DNA of 64,000 nucleotides, from NCBI RefSeq assembly GCF_009914755.1, contig NC_060945.1. One strand, given 5' to 3'. Of this stretch, positions 1-23,007 are shown one piece after another. Below the pieces are notes generated by a model that saw only the letters and a program-made list of their open reading frames with translations, made no database searches and was not told where the DNA came from. Numbering within the stretch: the first letter of the stretch is position 1; every line of letters starts with the position of its first letter. The DNA comes from the human T2T-CHM13v2.0 reference genome, Homo sapiens. A program made the translations under genes and the position numbers.

Positions 1-101
1 AAAACTGTTGCGGTGGTAATAGGCTGTTGGTAATAAGTTGTTTCTGTGTGAAGCATAATTCATTTACTAGAAGTGGTAAATCAGACATGTTCTTTCTTCA
101 G

Positions 102-186
102 GGTGCTGCGAGTATACAGTATACAGAAGAAGCGTGTGGCTTTCAATGTTTCGAAGATGCTGTCTGGAATAGGGGCTGAAGGAGAG
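102..186 (+). CDS. CHAF1B: CHAF1B coding exon 7 (WD40 region; (R)[28 protein letters not shown])
   Basis: Acceptor ttctttcttcag|G and donor GAG|gtataa; 85 nt; translation matches CAF-1 p60 as I recall it and joins in frame to the next exon. Exon numbers are counted back from a 14-exon gene model. Confidence 0.95.
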
Positions 187-414
187 GTATAAAATATTTT
201 GCCATTCTTTTTCAGCAGCGCTTTAACTGAGACTTAGGAAGTCATGAGCTCCTCCCATACCCTTGCAGCCAAATCACTGGCCACAAAGAGCCGATTCCAG
301 AACTACAATAAGGCTTCCTTTTGGACAGTCAAGGCTCAGTTACTGTGGTGGGCTAGTCTGTATGGAAATGGGGACATCTGGAGACCAGGGTAGAGCCACT
401 GATGGAGGACAGGA

Positions 415-1190
<776 letters not shown>

Positions 1191-1566
1191 GATCTGGGAA
1201 GATCCCTACACGAGGCAACAGAAGACAGGCAGGTCGAGCGTTGGATCTGTCTGGCAGCAGGCAGTTTACTATCTTGGCAGGTAGGTAGAGAGTTTTGCTA
1301 GCAGACAGCAGAGACCCAGCCAAAACACTGGTATTTAGGAATAGGAAGGATTTTGACTTTCAAATAATTGGCAAATGAAAATAGGACCCTTTTTGTAAAG
1401 GAATCAAGGCTACCGAGGCAGGCAGCGAGGTGCGGGGAGCAAGCTGGTTACTGGCTTCACACGGGGACATGGTGCAAATGCATCCAAGGAACCAGGGTAA
1501 GGCAGTGTGGGCTGGGCGCTGACAGGCACTGAGAGGTCACACCTGTGAAGTAAGAATAGTAATGCT

Positions 1567-1858
<292 letters not shown>

Positions 1859-2281
1859 ATGTGTATATATATGTTTTTGTATATATTATATATAATATAT
1901 ACTTTAATATGTTATATATTTATATTATATATAATATATTTTTATATTATACATAATATATATTTTTATATTATACATAATATATATTTTTATATTATAC
2001 ATAATATATTTTTATATTATACATAATATATATTTTTATATTATACATAATATATATTTTTATATTATACATAATATATATTTTTATATTATACATAATA
2101 TATATTTTTATATTATACATAATATATATTTTTATATTATACATAATATATATTTTATATTATACATAATATATATTTTTATATTATACATAATATATAT
2201 TTTTATATTATATATAATATATATTTTTATATTATATATTTTATATATATAAAAATATATCTATTACATATATATATATAT
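1859..2281. repeat. AT-rich minisatellite, 24-bp unit ATATATTTTTATATTATACATAAT, ~11 copies plus degenerate flanks
   Basis: Periodic acata at 1951, 1975, 1999, 2021 ... 2188; appears as repeated IYFYIIHN in ORF 1778..2026. Confidence 0.95.
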
Positions 2282-2313
2282 GAATAGTAATGCCGGCTTC
2301 CTTGTGTTCTTAA

Positions 2314-2638
<325 letters not shown>

Positions 2639-3336
2639 TAGTAGTAAAAACTGTCCCAGACAGGTGTTAAAGAAATGTTGTTTTAAAAGATTAATGATTA
2701 CCAGTTTAATAATCCACTATTTTCTTTTTTTAAAGGGTGCATTTGTTAATAGCTGGATGTGGTGGCATGTGCCTGTAGTCCCAGGAGGCTGAGACGGGAG
2801 GATTGCTTTGAGCCCAGAAGTTCTAGGTTACAGCGACCTATGATTGCGCCACTGCACTCTAGCCTGGGTGACAGAGCGAGACTCTGTATCTAAAGAGTGC
2901 ATTCAGTTGGAAATTCTAATGAATCCACACAGATAGAAAGCAGAGGTCTCCTGGTCATCTTCCCACTGTCTGCCAGTCTCAGGCCCCAGACATGCCACTA
3001 TTGACCCTGTGGTTTGTGTTCTTAAGAGTTTTTAAAAATAATTTTAGAACCACATAAAACACACATATATACATATAGCTTTACCTAACAAAAATGTGTG
3101 GTCAGTTTTCATGAATGTTTACCCTTGCAGTGTTGTACAATTATTTGATTTGTAATGTGTTTCAGTTTCATTTATGATTATGTCAACAATAAATGACACT
3201 ATGTAAAGAAAACCATAGGCACATATAGCAGTTGGGAAGCGTTTATTTGTGAGTGTAAAGATTTGGAAAAATGTTTAAGCTTTGTGTGTAGAAAACAAAC
3301 AAAAAAAATAATAAAAATAAATTTTGTGTGCGACAG

Positions 3337-3430
3337 GCAAGAAGCTACCGGATGTTTCACGACGACAGCATGAAGTCTTTCTTCCGTAGACTGAGTTTCA
3401 CTCCCGACGGATCTTTGCTTCTCACGCCAG
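3337..3430 (+). CDS. CHAF1B: CHAF1B coding exon 8 ([31 protein letters not shown])
   Basis: gacag|GCA ... CCAG|gtgtgt; 94 nt; contained in ORF 3328..3525; conserved CAF-1 p60/HIRA-type [11 protein letters not shown] motif. Confidence 0.96.
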
Positions 3431-3738
3431 GTGTGTTTCGTAGCTTTGGACTTAAAGGAATGATGGCCGAGTGGGGATGTCTGCTCCCGTTTTACGCTGC
3501 AGCTTATCAGCTCAGTGAATGCTGATTAGAGTGGGGGTCCCCGACTTACCTGCCCACTGGAACCTCCAGGAGAGCTTCAAAAAACACATTGGTGCCTATG
3601 TCCCATCCCTAGAGATTGTAGTGTATGTAATTGGTCTGGGTGGCCTGGCTTTTGGAATTTTAAGAAGATTTCCAAGTGATTGTAATGTGCAGAAAAGTTT
3701 GGGAGTAATGAGTTTAAAATGATAGGCATTTTCTCTTA

Positions 3739-4032
<294 letters not shown>

Positions 4033-4671
4033 CTAAAAAAAAAAAAAAAAAAAAAAAAAGAAACTTTACTATTTAAACCCTTTCAATGAATGCTTTTTCA
4101 TTCATTAACATGTGTATGGAAGCCATAGCGCTAAAGCCAAAGATAAAGCTCCTTTATTGTTTTTATTCTCCTCAATAAAGCGCATTTGTGACAGGATTAG
4201 ACTCATGGACAAACTTGTGGAAGCAGCAGTGGTCAAAATCAAAAGGTCAGCCAAGTAGCAAGGACTAGATAGGTTTATTGTCCCTATGTCCCTAGGAAGG
4301 CAAGGGGCTCAGCCCAGCAAGATAAGGCTAGGCATTATTGTGGCCACAGTGTTCTCAGAGGAGAATGTCTGCTCATTGCCGTGGCTCCAGGACCATCCTG
4401 TGCATAGAGATGACAACATAGCCCAGGGTTGGGCCAAACGGGAGGGCACTGTCTTGGTTTGCCACTGAGTCCCATCCCAGCTGAGCCAGGGAGGGCCTGA
4501 GAAGGGCGTGAATCACACATGCAGCTGTGTGGGTGGGGCTTTAAAGAACACTGCGGAACATGTGCGAATGACACTTTGGCCCAAGAAGTCTCAGGACTAA
4601 GAATAAGTAGTTGTTTAGGTTATATTTACTAAAGTTAGTTATTAAAAGTTATTCACTAAACCCAGTAATAA

Positions 4672-5630
<959 letters not shown>

Positions 5631-5689
5631 CAGTAGCAAATCCTTTACTATTTGGCCACTCTAAAAATATTTTCAATTAAAATCAAGTA

Positions 5690-8700
<3,011 letters not shown>

Positions 8701-9269
8701 ATAAAACAGGGAGATGTTTCCAAGAGCAGCAGTGTATGATGGTCACTCTGACAGGGCTGAACTGTTTTAAGTACAGCAGGGGGTGAGTGTAGAAGAGCTC
8801 TCAGATGGGGACTGTTCCCCAGAGTGAAGTCAGGTTCTGAAGGAGGCTGGAGGTTTCAGCAGAGGGCAAGGTCTCCTGGCAGCCTCATGGCTGGATAGGG
8901 AAGTTGGGGAAAGGCGAGTCTCAGCCTTTGGATGGCATCCAAGGCTGGAATCCAGGAAATAGAGATGAGGGTCCTAGGGAGAAAGGAGCCTGGGCAGCTG
9001 AATCTAGTCACGGTGCTTCAATCGAGGAATTGCCTGGAGGCTCAACGGTGCCCTATGGCAAAGGCTCACTATGTTCTCCTCGCCCAAGATCAGAACCAGG
9101 TCCCCGGGGATTGCCCACAGGTAGGTGGAGATGACAGGTAGGTAGAACTGGAGTAAGGGCTGAGAACAGACAGTGCCGGAATATATGTTTTTGTGCTCTG
9201 TCACAACATTGTCCAGAGAATATAACTGCAGGGGGAAGTATTTTGCAAACCGGACCTGAAGGCTCTTGA

Positions 9270-9910
<641 letters not shown>

Positions 9911-9952
9911 TAGTCACAGTGCCTTTTCCTAACACTGCAATTAATCCATTAG

Positions 9953-10044
9953 GCCCATCGCTCATCTTCCATGTCCTGGAAAAGCCACTCTTGCTGTTCG
10001 CTGCTGTCCGGTCTACTTTGAACTGAGGCCAGTGGTGGAAACAG
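9953..10044 (+). CDS. CHAF1B: CHAF1B coding exon 10 ([30 protein letters not shown](G))
   Basis: cattag|G ... ACAG|gtatcc; 92 nt; in-frame with exons 9 and 11. Confidence 0.95.
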
Positions 10045-10488
10045 GTATCCTCAGAGCCTCAGGGGTGTGTTATGTTTTCTCTCCGAAACAGGTCACCAGA
10101 GTGGGGTGGAGATTTGGATTCTGTCTTATGGGGAAAGGTGGGTATCTGGGTTTGGTTCAGTTCAGTTATTTTAAAAATATTTTATTTTTACATTTAAATC
10201 TATTTATTTATTTATTTTGAGACCAGGTTATCAGCCTGGTTAATTTTTGTATTTTTGGTAGCGACAGCGTTTCACCATGTTGCCAAGGCTGGTCTTGAAC
10301 TCCTGGACTCAAGTGATCCACCTGCCTCGGCCTCCCAAAATGCTGGGATTACAGGTGTGAGCCCCTGTGCCCGGCCTGGTTTAGTTATTTTTAAAAGCTG
10401 GAGCAAAGACTGGGGTTATCAAAATACATGTCAGTTTTTTTTTTTTTTTCTTTCTTCAGGATATATTTTCTTGCTTAAGGCACTTTAA

Positions 10489-11001
<513 letters not shown>

Positions 11002-11093
11002 TAGGTCCTTTGAAATTAGTTCCTGGCCTTTGATACTACTTACTTTTTTTGTTTTTTTCTTCTTCCAGTGTTTGATTTTGGAAGTCTCTATAG

Positions 11094-11516
<423 letters not shown>

Positions 11517-11689
11517 TAGAGTGCAGTTATAATAGCTCTTTTAATGTCCTTGTATACAGGTTGGTTTTGATTTTTTTCTCCTCATTGTGGGTCATATCTT
11601 CCTGTTTTTGTTTGCCTGGTACTTTTTGATTAGATACTAGACACTGACTTTTACTTTAGTGGATGCTGGATGTATTTTTATTCTTATAA

Positions 11690-11929
<240 letters not shown>

Positions 11930-12041
11930 TGATCCACCCGGCTCGGCCTCCCAAAGTGCTGGGATTCTAGGCGTGAGCCATTGCACCTGGTCAGAAGCCT
12001 TGTTTCTGTGGTTTTACTTTGTCTCTGTCCCCAACCCCCAG

Positions 12042-12183
12042 GTGTGGAGCTGATGAGTCTGCCCTACCGCCTGGTGTTTGCTGTGGCCTCGGAGGATTCC
12101 GTGCTTCTGTATGACACCCAGCAGTCCTTCCCTTTTGGTTACGTGTCTAATATACATTACCACACCCTCAGTGACATTTCATG
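12042..12183 (+). CDS. CHAF1B: CHAF1B coding exon 11 ([46 protein letters not shown](W))
   Basis: cccccag|GT ... CATG|gtgagt; 142 nt; contained in ORF 11981..12187; WD repeat. Confidence 0.97.
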
Positions 12184-12215
12184 GTGAGTGGCTGCTAATG
12201 AGGGAGAGTGAGTGA

Positions 12216-12587
<372 letters not shown>

Positions 12588-12743
12588 TGAGCCACCACGC
12601 CCGGCCCCAATTTTGTTTTTTAAAGGAATCAACATTAAAAGGAAAGCCGTTTCTAGTTTGCCACAATACTTGCTTCTTATTTTCACACTGGTGGGTTTTG
12701 ATGGCATTCAGATTGCCTTGTGGGGTTAACTGGACTTTGATAA

Positions 12744-13298
<555 letters not shown>

Positions 13299-13462
13299 TG
13301 AAACTGCATGAGTGAGTCGCTATCACACACTCTTTTCCAGTTGTATCTTTTCCCTGGTTTTTGCCTTCAAACAAGCTTGTGATTTTGCTCGAACTTCCCT
13401 CTTCTAAGTAGATGTGAGAGTGTTGGTAAGGTCTGTAACTTTTCCCTGTTTTGGGGACGAAG

Positions 13463-13894
13463 GTCCAGCGATGGTGCCTTCCTGGCCATTTCTTCCACGG
13501 ACGGTTACTGCTCATTTGTGACATTTGAGAAAGATGAACTTGGAATTCCTTTGAAAGAGAAGCCAGTTTTGAACATGAGAACTCCTGATACAGCAAAGAA
13601 AACCAAGAGTCAGACACATCGAGGGTCTTCGCCAGGACCCAGACCGGTAGAGGGAACCCCTGCCAGCAGAACCCAAGACCCCAGCAGCCCCGGCACGACT
13701 CCCCCTCAGGCCAGACAGGCCCCAGCCCCAACAGTCATCAGGGACCCTCCCTCCATCACTCCTGCTGTCAAAAGCCCCTTGCCGGGGCCTTCGGAGGAGA
13801 AGACCCTGCAGCCCAGTAGTCAAAACACAAAAGCCCACCCATCCCGGAGGGTCACTCTGAACACACTGCAAGCCTGGAGCAAGACAACACCCCG
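13463..13894 (+). CDS. CHAF1B: CHAF1B coding exon 12 (last WD repeat, Pro/Ser/Thr-rich PEST-like tail, first ASF1-binding B-domain-like motif RRVTLNTL)
   Basis: gacgaag|GTCC ... CCCCG|gtaaga; 432 nt; overlaps ORF 13518..13898. Confidence 0.96.
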
Positions 13895-15167
13895 GTAAGA
13901 ACTTGTTGGAACAAGATGTCATTGCAAAATGAAACACAAAATGCAGACAGAACGCTCCCACCCTGCTGCAGGTGAAATTTCAGGCGGTGAATGCTTCATG
14001 CCAGTAGGTTGCCAGAGAGATTCTTAACTTCAAATCCGAGAGTGTCATTTCTTGCATATAGGCCTCTGTTTGTTCCTCCAGTTTCTGCCTGTCAGATAAA
14101 GCCCAGGCTCCTATGCACACACACAGACTGTGATTTGGCTGCAGCCTGTCATCCAGGACTGTGGCCACTCTCTCTCCTGAGTCTGTGGCCTTCATCTCCG
14201 GCCTAGTCCTGAATGTCATCTTCCCAGAGCACTCTCTGCCCTTTGAGGCCTCTGTCCTTCCCTTCTCTGGGGAAGCCCTGGACACCTCTTCCTCTTGGTG
14301 ATGCCAGGAGTCTCCTGAAAGACCCATTTCAATGTACCCTCTCTGTTTGCAGTCTTTGTGGCCCTTCAGCCTTTCCCTTGTCACCACACATCAGATTCCA
14401 TAGCAGGTGCTTTGATGCTCCAGTTCCCCTGCTGGTTGTGAGCCCCCAAGGACAGGAAGCAGGTCCCATTTTTTATTTATGCTGTTCTGCCCAGGATGTA
14501 GGCAATTCCAGGAGTGTCTTCCTGAGACTGCGTTTGATGTCTCCAGCAGCCTGGTCGGTGAGAAACGGAGGTCCTGATCTGATAACAAATAATCCCCAGG
14601 AGGTGCAGAGTCGTTTCTTCCCTGCTTACATCAGTGTGGCTGGCACGCACGCCTGTGTCTGCCACTTCTACTGGATACAGAGCCACTTAGCACATCCTTC
14701 TGCCGTCAGGCAGCACAGCCTCCTGTTTCCATTCTTCCCCTGCAGCTGATGTCCAGTTACCCCTCTGATCCTGTATAGTTCCTTCTCCACCAAGCCCTCT
14801 GCCTCCCAACCTTCCCATAAACTGAGTCACGAGGAGAGCTGGGAAGGGGGATGCAGAGGGGAGTGGTGGGGATGGTGAGCTGGACAGAAGCGCCCTGTGC
14901 CTCTCAGCCTCTCCTGCGCCAATAGGTCTTCTTTGGCAAGTTCATAATATGTGTATGGGTTGCTGGCTTTAACGCCCTCTTAAAATCTCTCATTTCTTTC
15001 TGCAGATTAGCAATGTATTTTACAATTTTTCTGTTTGTTTTTATGTGACGGAAGGTATTCCTTGAACTATTTTTGGTATTAAATTATTTTTCCCCTCTTG
15101 ATTTCTTCTGAATTATTTACCAAGCTTCTTGAAGATGTAATCTTTTGCAAACAAGAATAGTTGTTGA

Positions 15168-15428
<261 letters not shown>

Positions 15429-15873
15429 TGATCTGCCCGCCTCAGCCCGCCAAAGTGCTGGGATTACAGGTGCGAACCATCTTGCCCGGCCCAACGCTCT
15501 GGATTTTAAAAAAGTATTACCTGTGTTTCGACGCTTTCTATATATAGAAACCATATCTGACTGCCTTTTACAGCAGCCAGCAGAGTGTTCACAAGACCGT
15601 CGGTAATGAACAGAACACAGGTTTTGAAACTTTTCGATGACTGGTTATGGTTTAAGTTGACTGTTATAAATGTGATGGTTTAACTTAATACATGAATGTA
15701 ATCCTCAGTTATTAAACAAGTGGGCACATCTTACTATTTAATGCCTTGAACCAGAAGTTCAGCTGAAAATTTAAGTATTTCCTTTGGTAGTTTTGAAGGT
15801 TGGTATCATACATAAACAATTCCTGTGATACTAATGAGCCATCACCCCTCTACTTTTTTTTTTTTAAATCAAG

Positions 15874-15968
15874 GAGAATAAACTTAACACCCTTAAAGAC
15901 GGACACTCCACCAAGTTCTGTACCAACCAGTGTGATTTCCACCCCTTCTACAGAAGAAATTCAGTCAG
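15874..15968 (+). CDS. CHAF1B: CHAF1B coding exon 13 (RINLTPLKTDTPPSSVPTSVISTPSTEEIQS)
   Basis: T-tract then aatcaag|GAGA ... TCAG|gtaagt; 95 nt; completes the second B-domain-like motif RRINLTPL across the exon 12/13 junction. Confidence 0.95.
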
Positions 15969-16199
15969 GTAAGTAATATTGTTACTGGTTTAATATAATG
16001 AAAGGTAGAGTATCTTTTCTTTTGTTCTTTTGGAAATTAATGCCGCCTAATTTTAAGTCAGTTCTGAGACAGCAGGGATGCATCTTATTGGAACCATTGT
16101 TTAAACCCGCCGGCTGCCTGTTTACGCCTCAGCAGGGGGCACCTGGCCAGTGAGAGCATCCTGGTGAGCCAGGGAGTGGGTTCAGCAGGAGATTGTCTA

Positions 16200-16712
<513 letters not shown>

Positions 16713-16853
16713 CTATAGAACTTCCATTATATCAGTATAGGATCTTGCCAGGCAGCTCAGTTCCGTGTCTTGGCTCTGTATTCTGTAAATGTCAGCCCTT
16801 GACTTCCAGAATTCTTCATTTACTTGCCAACCTTATGTTTGTTAATGTTGCAG

Positions 16854-16945
16854 AGACGCCTGGAGACGCTCAGGGCAGTCCCCCAGAGCTAAAGCGGCCC
16901 AGACTCGATGAAAACAAAGGAGGCACGGAAAGTCTGGACCCTTGA
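16854..16945 (+). CDS. CHAF1B: CHAF1B terminal coding exon 14 ((E)TPGDAQGSPPELKRPRLDENKGGTESLDP*; KRPR NLS-like motif)
   Basis: ttgcag|AG; TGA ends at 16945. The eight exons sum to 1102 nt, consistent with a 559-aa protein with 578 coding nt upstream of the window. Confidence 0.96.
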
Positions 16946-17388
16946 TGGGACCTCGGCTTCTGCTCGAAGCCTACCAGGCTCCCGGTGTGTGCAGGGAGAC
17001 GGTAAAGCTGGAGGTGCCTGAGACCAGGGCTTCCATGGAGCGGGACACACTGTAAATGGATTTCTATAACAGAAGTGACATGTGTACTGATTTTTCTCCA
17101 GAAATATGGATGCTGTTGTATTCAGTATCCATTTTTAACTTGGGACATGAACGTTTTAACGTAGTAAATCCTCTTTTTGATGAGTTTCTGAAACTGGAGC
17201 GGTTCAACGTTATCCAGTGTGAAAATCAGTGAGTCCTCCCTGGCATCCTCGTGAAAGTGCACACACTTCATGGAGGGACTCCTTTTCAATAAGAATTAGG
17301 AAGATGAGAAAGTAATTTGAGATTTTACTCTGTCGAATTTTAGAGTATTTGAAGTGATTGTTAGATTTCACTTCTAAGGAGTTGATTG

Positions 17389-17394
17389 ATTAAA
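17389..17394 (+). terminator. CHAF1B: CHAF1B proximal polyadenylation signal (ATTAAA)
   Basis: ATTAAA ~445 nt after the stop codon, followed by a GU/U-rich downstream element (gtagttgtgtttgttttctgatttt). Confidence 0.7.
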
Positions 17395-17614
17395 CTTTGG
17401 AAGGTAGTTGTGTTTGTTTTCTGATTTTAAAGGTGACGATGCTTATTCTTTTAGTAACTAAGTGAAGTGAAAAAGATGGGTATCACCCATCATCTTCCCA
17501 CCAGAAGTAACCCTCGTTAATGTTGTAGTATATTTCCTTAGCATTTTTGTGGATCTATTTATTCTAAAAAGAGAATTGAGATTTTATTTCATATGCAATT
17601 TGGTATCTAAATAG

Positions 17615-18890
<1,276 letters not shown>

Positions 18891-19018
18891 GAAAGCATTT
18901 TCTTGATTATCTCTGCCCCGTCACTGATTGACATCCTCCTTTGCTGGGGCCGCGGACTGAAGGACAGTATGCAGGAGGTGCCATCAGCTCTTCTGAAAAG
19001 AGACAGCTTTCAGTGTCA

Positions 19019-19544
<526 letters not shown>

Positions 19545-19572
19545 TCATCCTTAAATATAAATCAAAATTGGC

Positions 19573-19578
19573 AATAAA
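19573..19578 (+). terminator. CHAF1B: CHAF1B distal polyadenylation signal (AATAAA), defining a ~2.65-kb 3'UTR
   Basis: Canonical AATAAA in unique sequence after the Alu cluster; agrees with my recollection of a long-UTR CHAF1B reference transcript. Confidence 0.65.
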
Positions 19579-20914
19579 AGACCAAGTGAAGTCACTTCAG
19601 TGTCATAGTCTAAAACTGCCTGCAACCATCTGGGCAGTGTATTGGGAAAGCTTTTGCAAAGGGAGCCCAGCCTGAAGGTTGGGCAGGCTTCCACCTTACA
19701 GTGGCTGCTGGGTTGAAGATCCTTCTCATGGTTCTGGATCTGTACTTGGAGGGGTCGTTGTTTCTGTTTTGAGCAGTATTTCCAGATGTCTCTAGCAACT
19801 CTACTGTTGAATATTAGTTCCTGCTGCTGGGGGTGCCTAGAAGAAAATCAGTCTCAGGCTTGGGGAGACTGCTTGGGAGAACTTGACCTGACTTCCCTGG
19901 AATCTGGGATTGTGAGGATAGGTCGGCGTTTGAAGGAAGAAAGTTGGAGGCTCAGCGTGGGCAGCAGAGGGTGAAGCCTTCATTTTATGCAGTGGCCCGT
20001 ACGGTGGACAGGGGTATGCGGTGCCTCCTCGGGTTATCGTGGATAACGGGCCCAGCCATCCTCAGCAAGTGCCCACAGGGCCAGGGCCCTCTAGCAGAGA
20101 GGGGCAGGAGGATGTGCCACGGGGCAGGGGAGAAAGTCTCCTGGGGTCCTCGTTTACTCCAGTTTCCTCCCTTATATCCACTTCCGTCGTCTTTGCTGAA
20201 AGCACATCTGTGTAACGATGCCCTTGGCCCTCCTTACCTAAATAGTTGTCAGCGTTCACTTAAACAACATAGGTTCCAAGTCCTTGGCTCTGGAAACATC
20301 AAATGGGGAGAGGGAGGAGGTGGAGGATGAGCTGCTCCAGCCCCTTCTTCCCTGGTCTGGGGTCTCCCAGGACTTCTGCAGCCTCCCTGGTTATTAAGCT
20401 ACAGTTCAACCTTGGGTGTGTGTGTAGGACAGACAGACTTGGACAAATTACTTCATGGGTCTGTGCCTGTTTCTTCATCAGAAAAAGTCTCTACAGCTAG
20501 AAAACCTTGGACTTTGTTTGCTTTGGTAGGGGAGAGGGGTAAGAGAAAATGTAGGGGGGGGTCACCCACAGAGAAACGAGAGACTGAGTTAATGCAGCTG
20601 GAAGCTGAGCCAGATTGTACTTCCCTTGCCTGGCATATTGAAGTAACACACTTGTTTTCATGCACAAATTCTCAGTGGCCACTGGGGGTCACTGTCCCCA
20701 CTGAATCCACTCAGCAGTCCTGCTTCCTTAGGCCTGAAGGTCCCATGTCTCCGCCCCACCTCCTCTAAGTGATCCGCGCCCCTGTCCGGTCTTGGGAACA
20801 GAGTGGCCTTAGATACCGGCTTCCGCCCCGATGGCCAGACCCAGAGTGGAACACTGTTGAGCAGACAGGGGTGGGAGAGGATGATGAAAGCAGTATGTGC
20901 ATGGCCATGCCTTT

Positions 20915-21100
20915 GTTCATTCATTCATTCATTCATTCATTCATTCATTCAAGAAATGTCTATCAAATATCCTCTGGGTACCAGAGGACACCTCAGGAAC
21001 AAACCAGACAAAAGCCACCACCCTCTTGGGGCCTACATCCTGGCTTGGGGAGACCAACATAAGTAAATACAGGGAAAACAGAGTGGTGAGGCGCCCTGGG
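20915..21100. mobile_element. L2 3' end with a (TTCA)n tail microsatellite
   Basis: (ttca)~9 followed by L2-like agaaatgtctatcaaatatcctctggg... Confidence 0.65.
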
Positions 21101-22009
21101 AGAGCTGGGTTGGAGACTGGGTTGTAGCCTGGAGTGAGAAGGGCCGAGCCGAGAAGGTCGAGAGGCAACGCAAGAGAGAACGGAAAGTGATCGGATGGGG
21201 CGTTCTAGATTTTTCTAGGAGCAGGATATCCTTGTCATCTAGGGTACCCGGTGTGTTCTCTGGGCAGGCTGGGTGTTTTGGGGTCCCCCACTGCTTCCCC
21301 ACTTGGCATGAATCCCCATTTTGTCTGGAGTTGCCCTGTTCGTCACCCGGCCTCCCTGTCACCCTCCCCTTGGGAGTCGACCCCACGCCTGCCTGTGCGC
21401 AGCCTCTGGGGATGCAGTTGGGTGGTCCTCCGTCTCTGGCCTGGCCCTTTTGTCCCAGATCGAAGGCAGAACCACGTGTCATCTAGCTGTTACCTTCCAT
21501 GTCCTGCTTTTAGCAAATTCTGTGGTGGTTTTAAGCACTCAGTTGTGAGAGGTGGTGGTTGTGGAGGGCACTTTCTTCTGCTGGCCCCTGTACCTTATGT
21601 CCTGCCTTAGCGTAGACAAGGTCAGCATGGAGGGGAAAATATTTCCACTGATGTGGGTCCCCTGCAGAGAGGGCTGTTTTTCCCTCAAGTTTCAGTTCTG
21701 AGTGATGGCGTGAAGCAACAGGTGTTGCCCCTTTCAAAGAGTCTGTAACAAATTTGTAGCAATGATTATACAGAGGGGGTAATAGACTGGCCCTTTTTTC
21801 TTCTTTTGAGATAGGGGTTCATTGTTGCCCAGGCTGGAGTGCAGTGGTACCATCTTGGCTTACTGCAGCCTCCAGGGTCAAACAATCCTCCTGCCTCAGT
21901 CTCCCGAGTATCTGGGACTATAGGCATGCACCACCATGCTCATTTTTAAATTTTTTCTTTTGTAGATCTCATTCCTGGGGTCTCACTATGTTACCCAGGC
22001 TGGTTTTGA

Positions 22010-22335
<326 letters not shown>

Positions 22336-22993
22336 TGAACCACCGTACCCGGCCAGCCTCTGTTTTCTTAATACCCAGAACAACCTGATGTCTCCTTCCG
22401 TCATCAAATATTATCTATAAAAGCCATTTCAAGTGTCATCACAGATTCTTTCTTTGAAATCACTCTGGTCTCTGTTCCTGGTCAGAGCCCTTGGTGAGTC
22501 TGTATAGTCTGGGATGAAGTGAGGGCTGGTGTCAGCCCCTCCTGCTCCAGGTCTTCTCTTCCCTCGAGTTCCTCCTTGTCTCCTCCGGCCCTCTGAGTCT
22601 GTGGAGCTGGCTGTGCTCAAAAGCAAAACAAAAGAACATCACCTCAAGCCTGGGCTTTGTCCAGATCCGGAGTCAGCCTCTGCAAGTGAGCCGGACACAT
22701 GCAATTTCCAAAGCTCAGGAGACTCCAGGCCCTCAGCGTAGGGAACCCCCGATGGGGGAGATTGGGAAGTCTGGAAAATTTGAAGGGGAATGGAATACTT
22801 GGAGCTCAGCCATTTCATGACAAGCATCCATATTCCACGACCCAAGAGGCTGAGTGTTGGGGAAAAGTCACCCCCCATGCCGGTGTCATTCTGCTTTCAC
22901 GTGACAGTTACAGGAAGGAGTAAATGCCCTGTGACTGCCGCCACCCCCAAAGCAAGGAACTCGGGTTCCTAACAGGCCGGGCACTTGCGGAAG

Positions 22994-23007
22994 CCACTAG
23001 GGGGCGG
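22994..23007 (+). promoter_or_regulatory. CTCF core motif, forward orientation
   Basis: CCACTAGGGGGCGG matches CCRSYAGRKGGCRS in non-repetitive intergenic DNA. Confidence 0.65.

Noticed and set aside
1931-2240. Regular repeat array considered as CRISPR-like
   Set aside because: Head-to-tail units with no unique spacers, in human intronic DNA; a minisatellite
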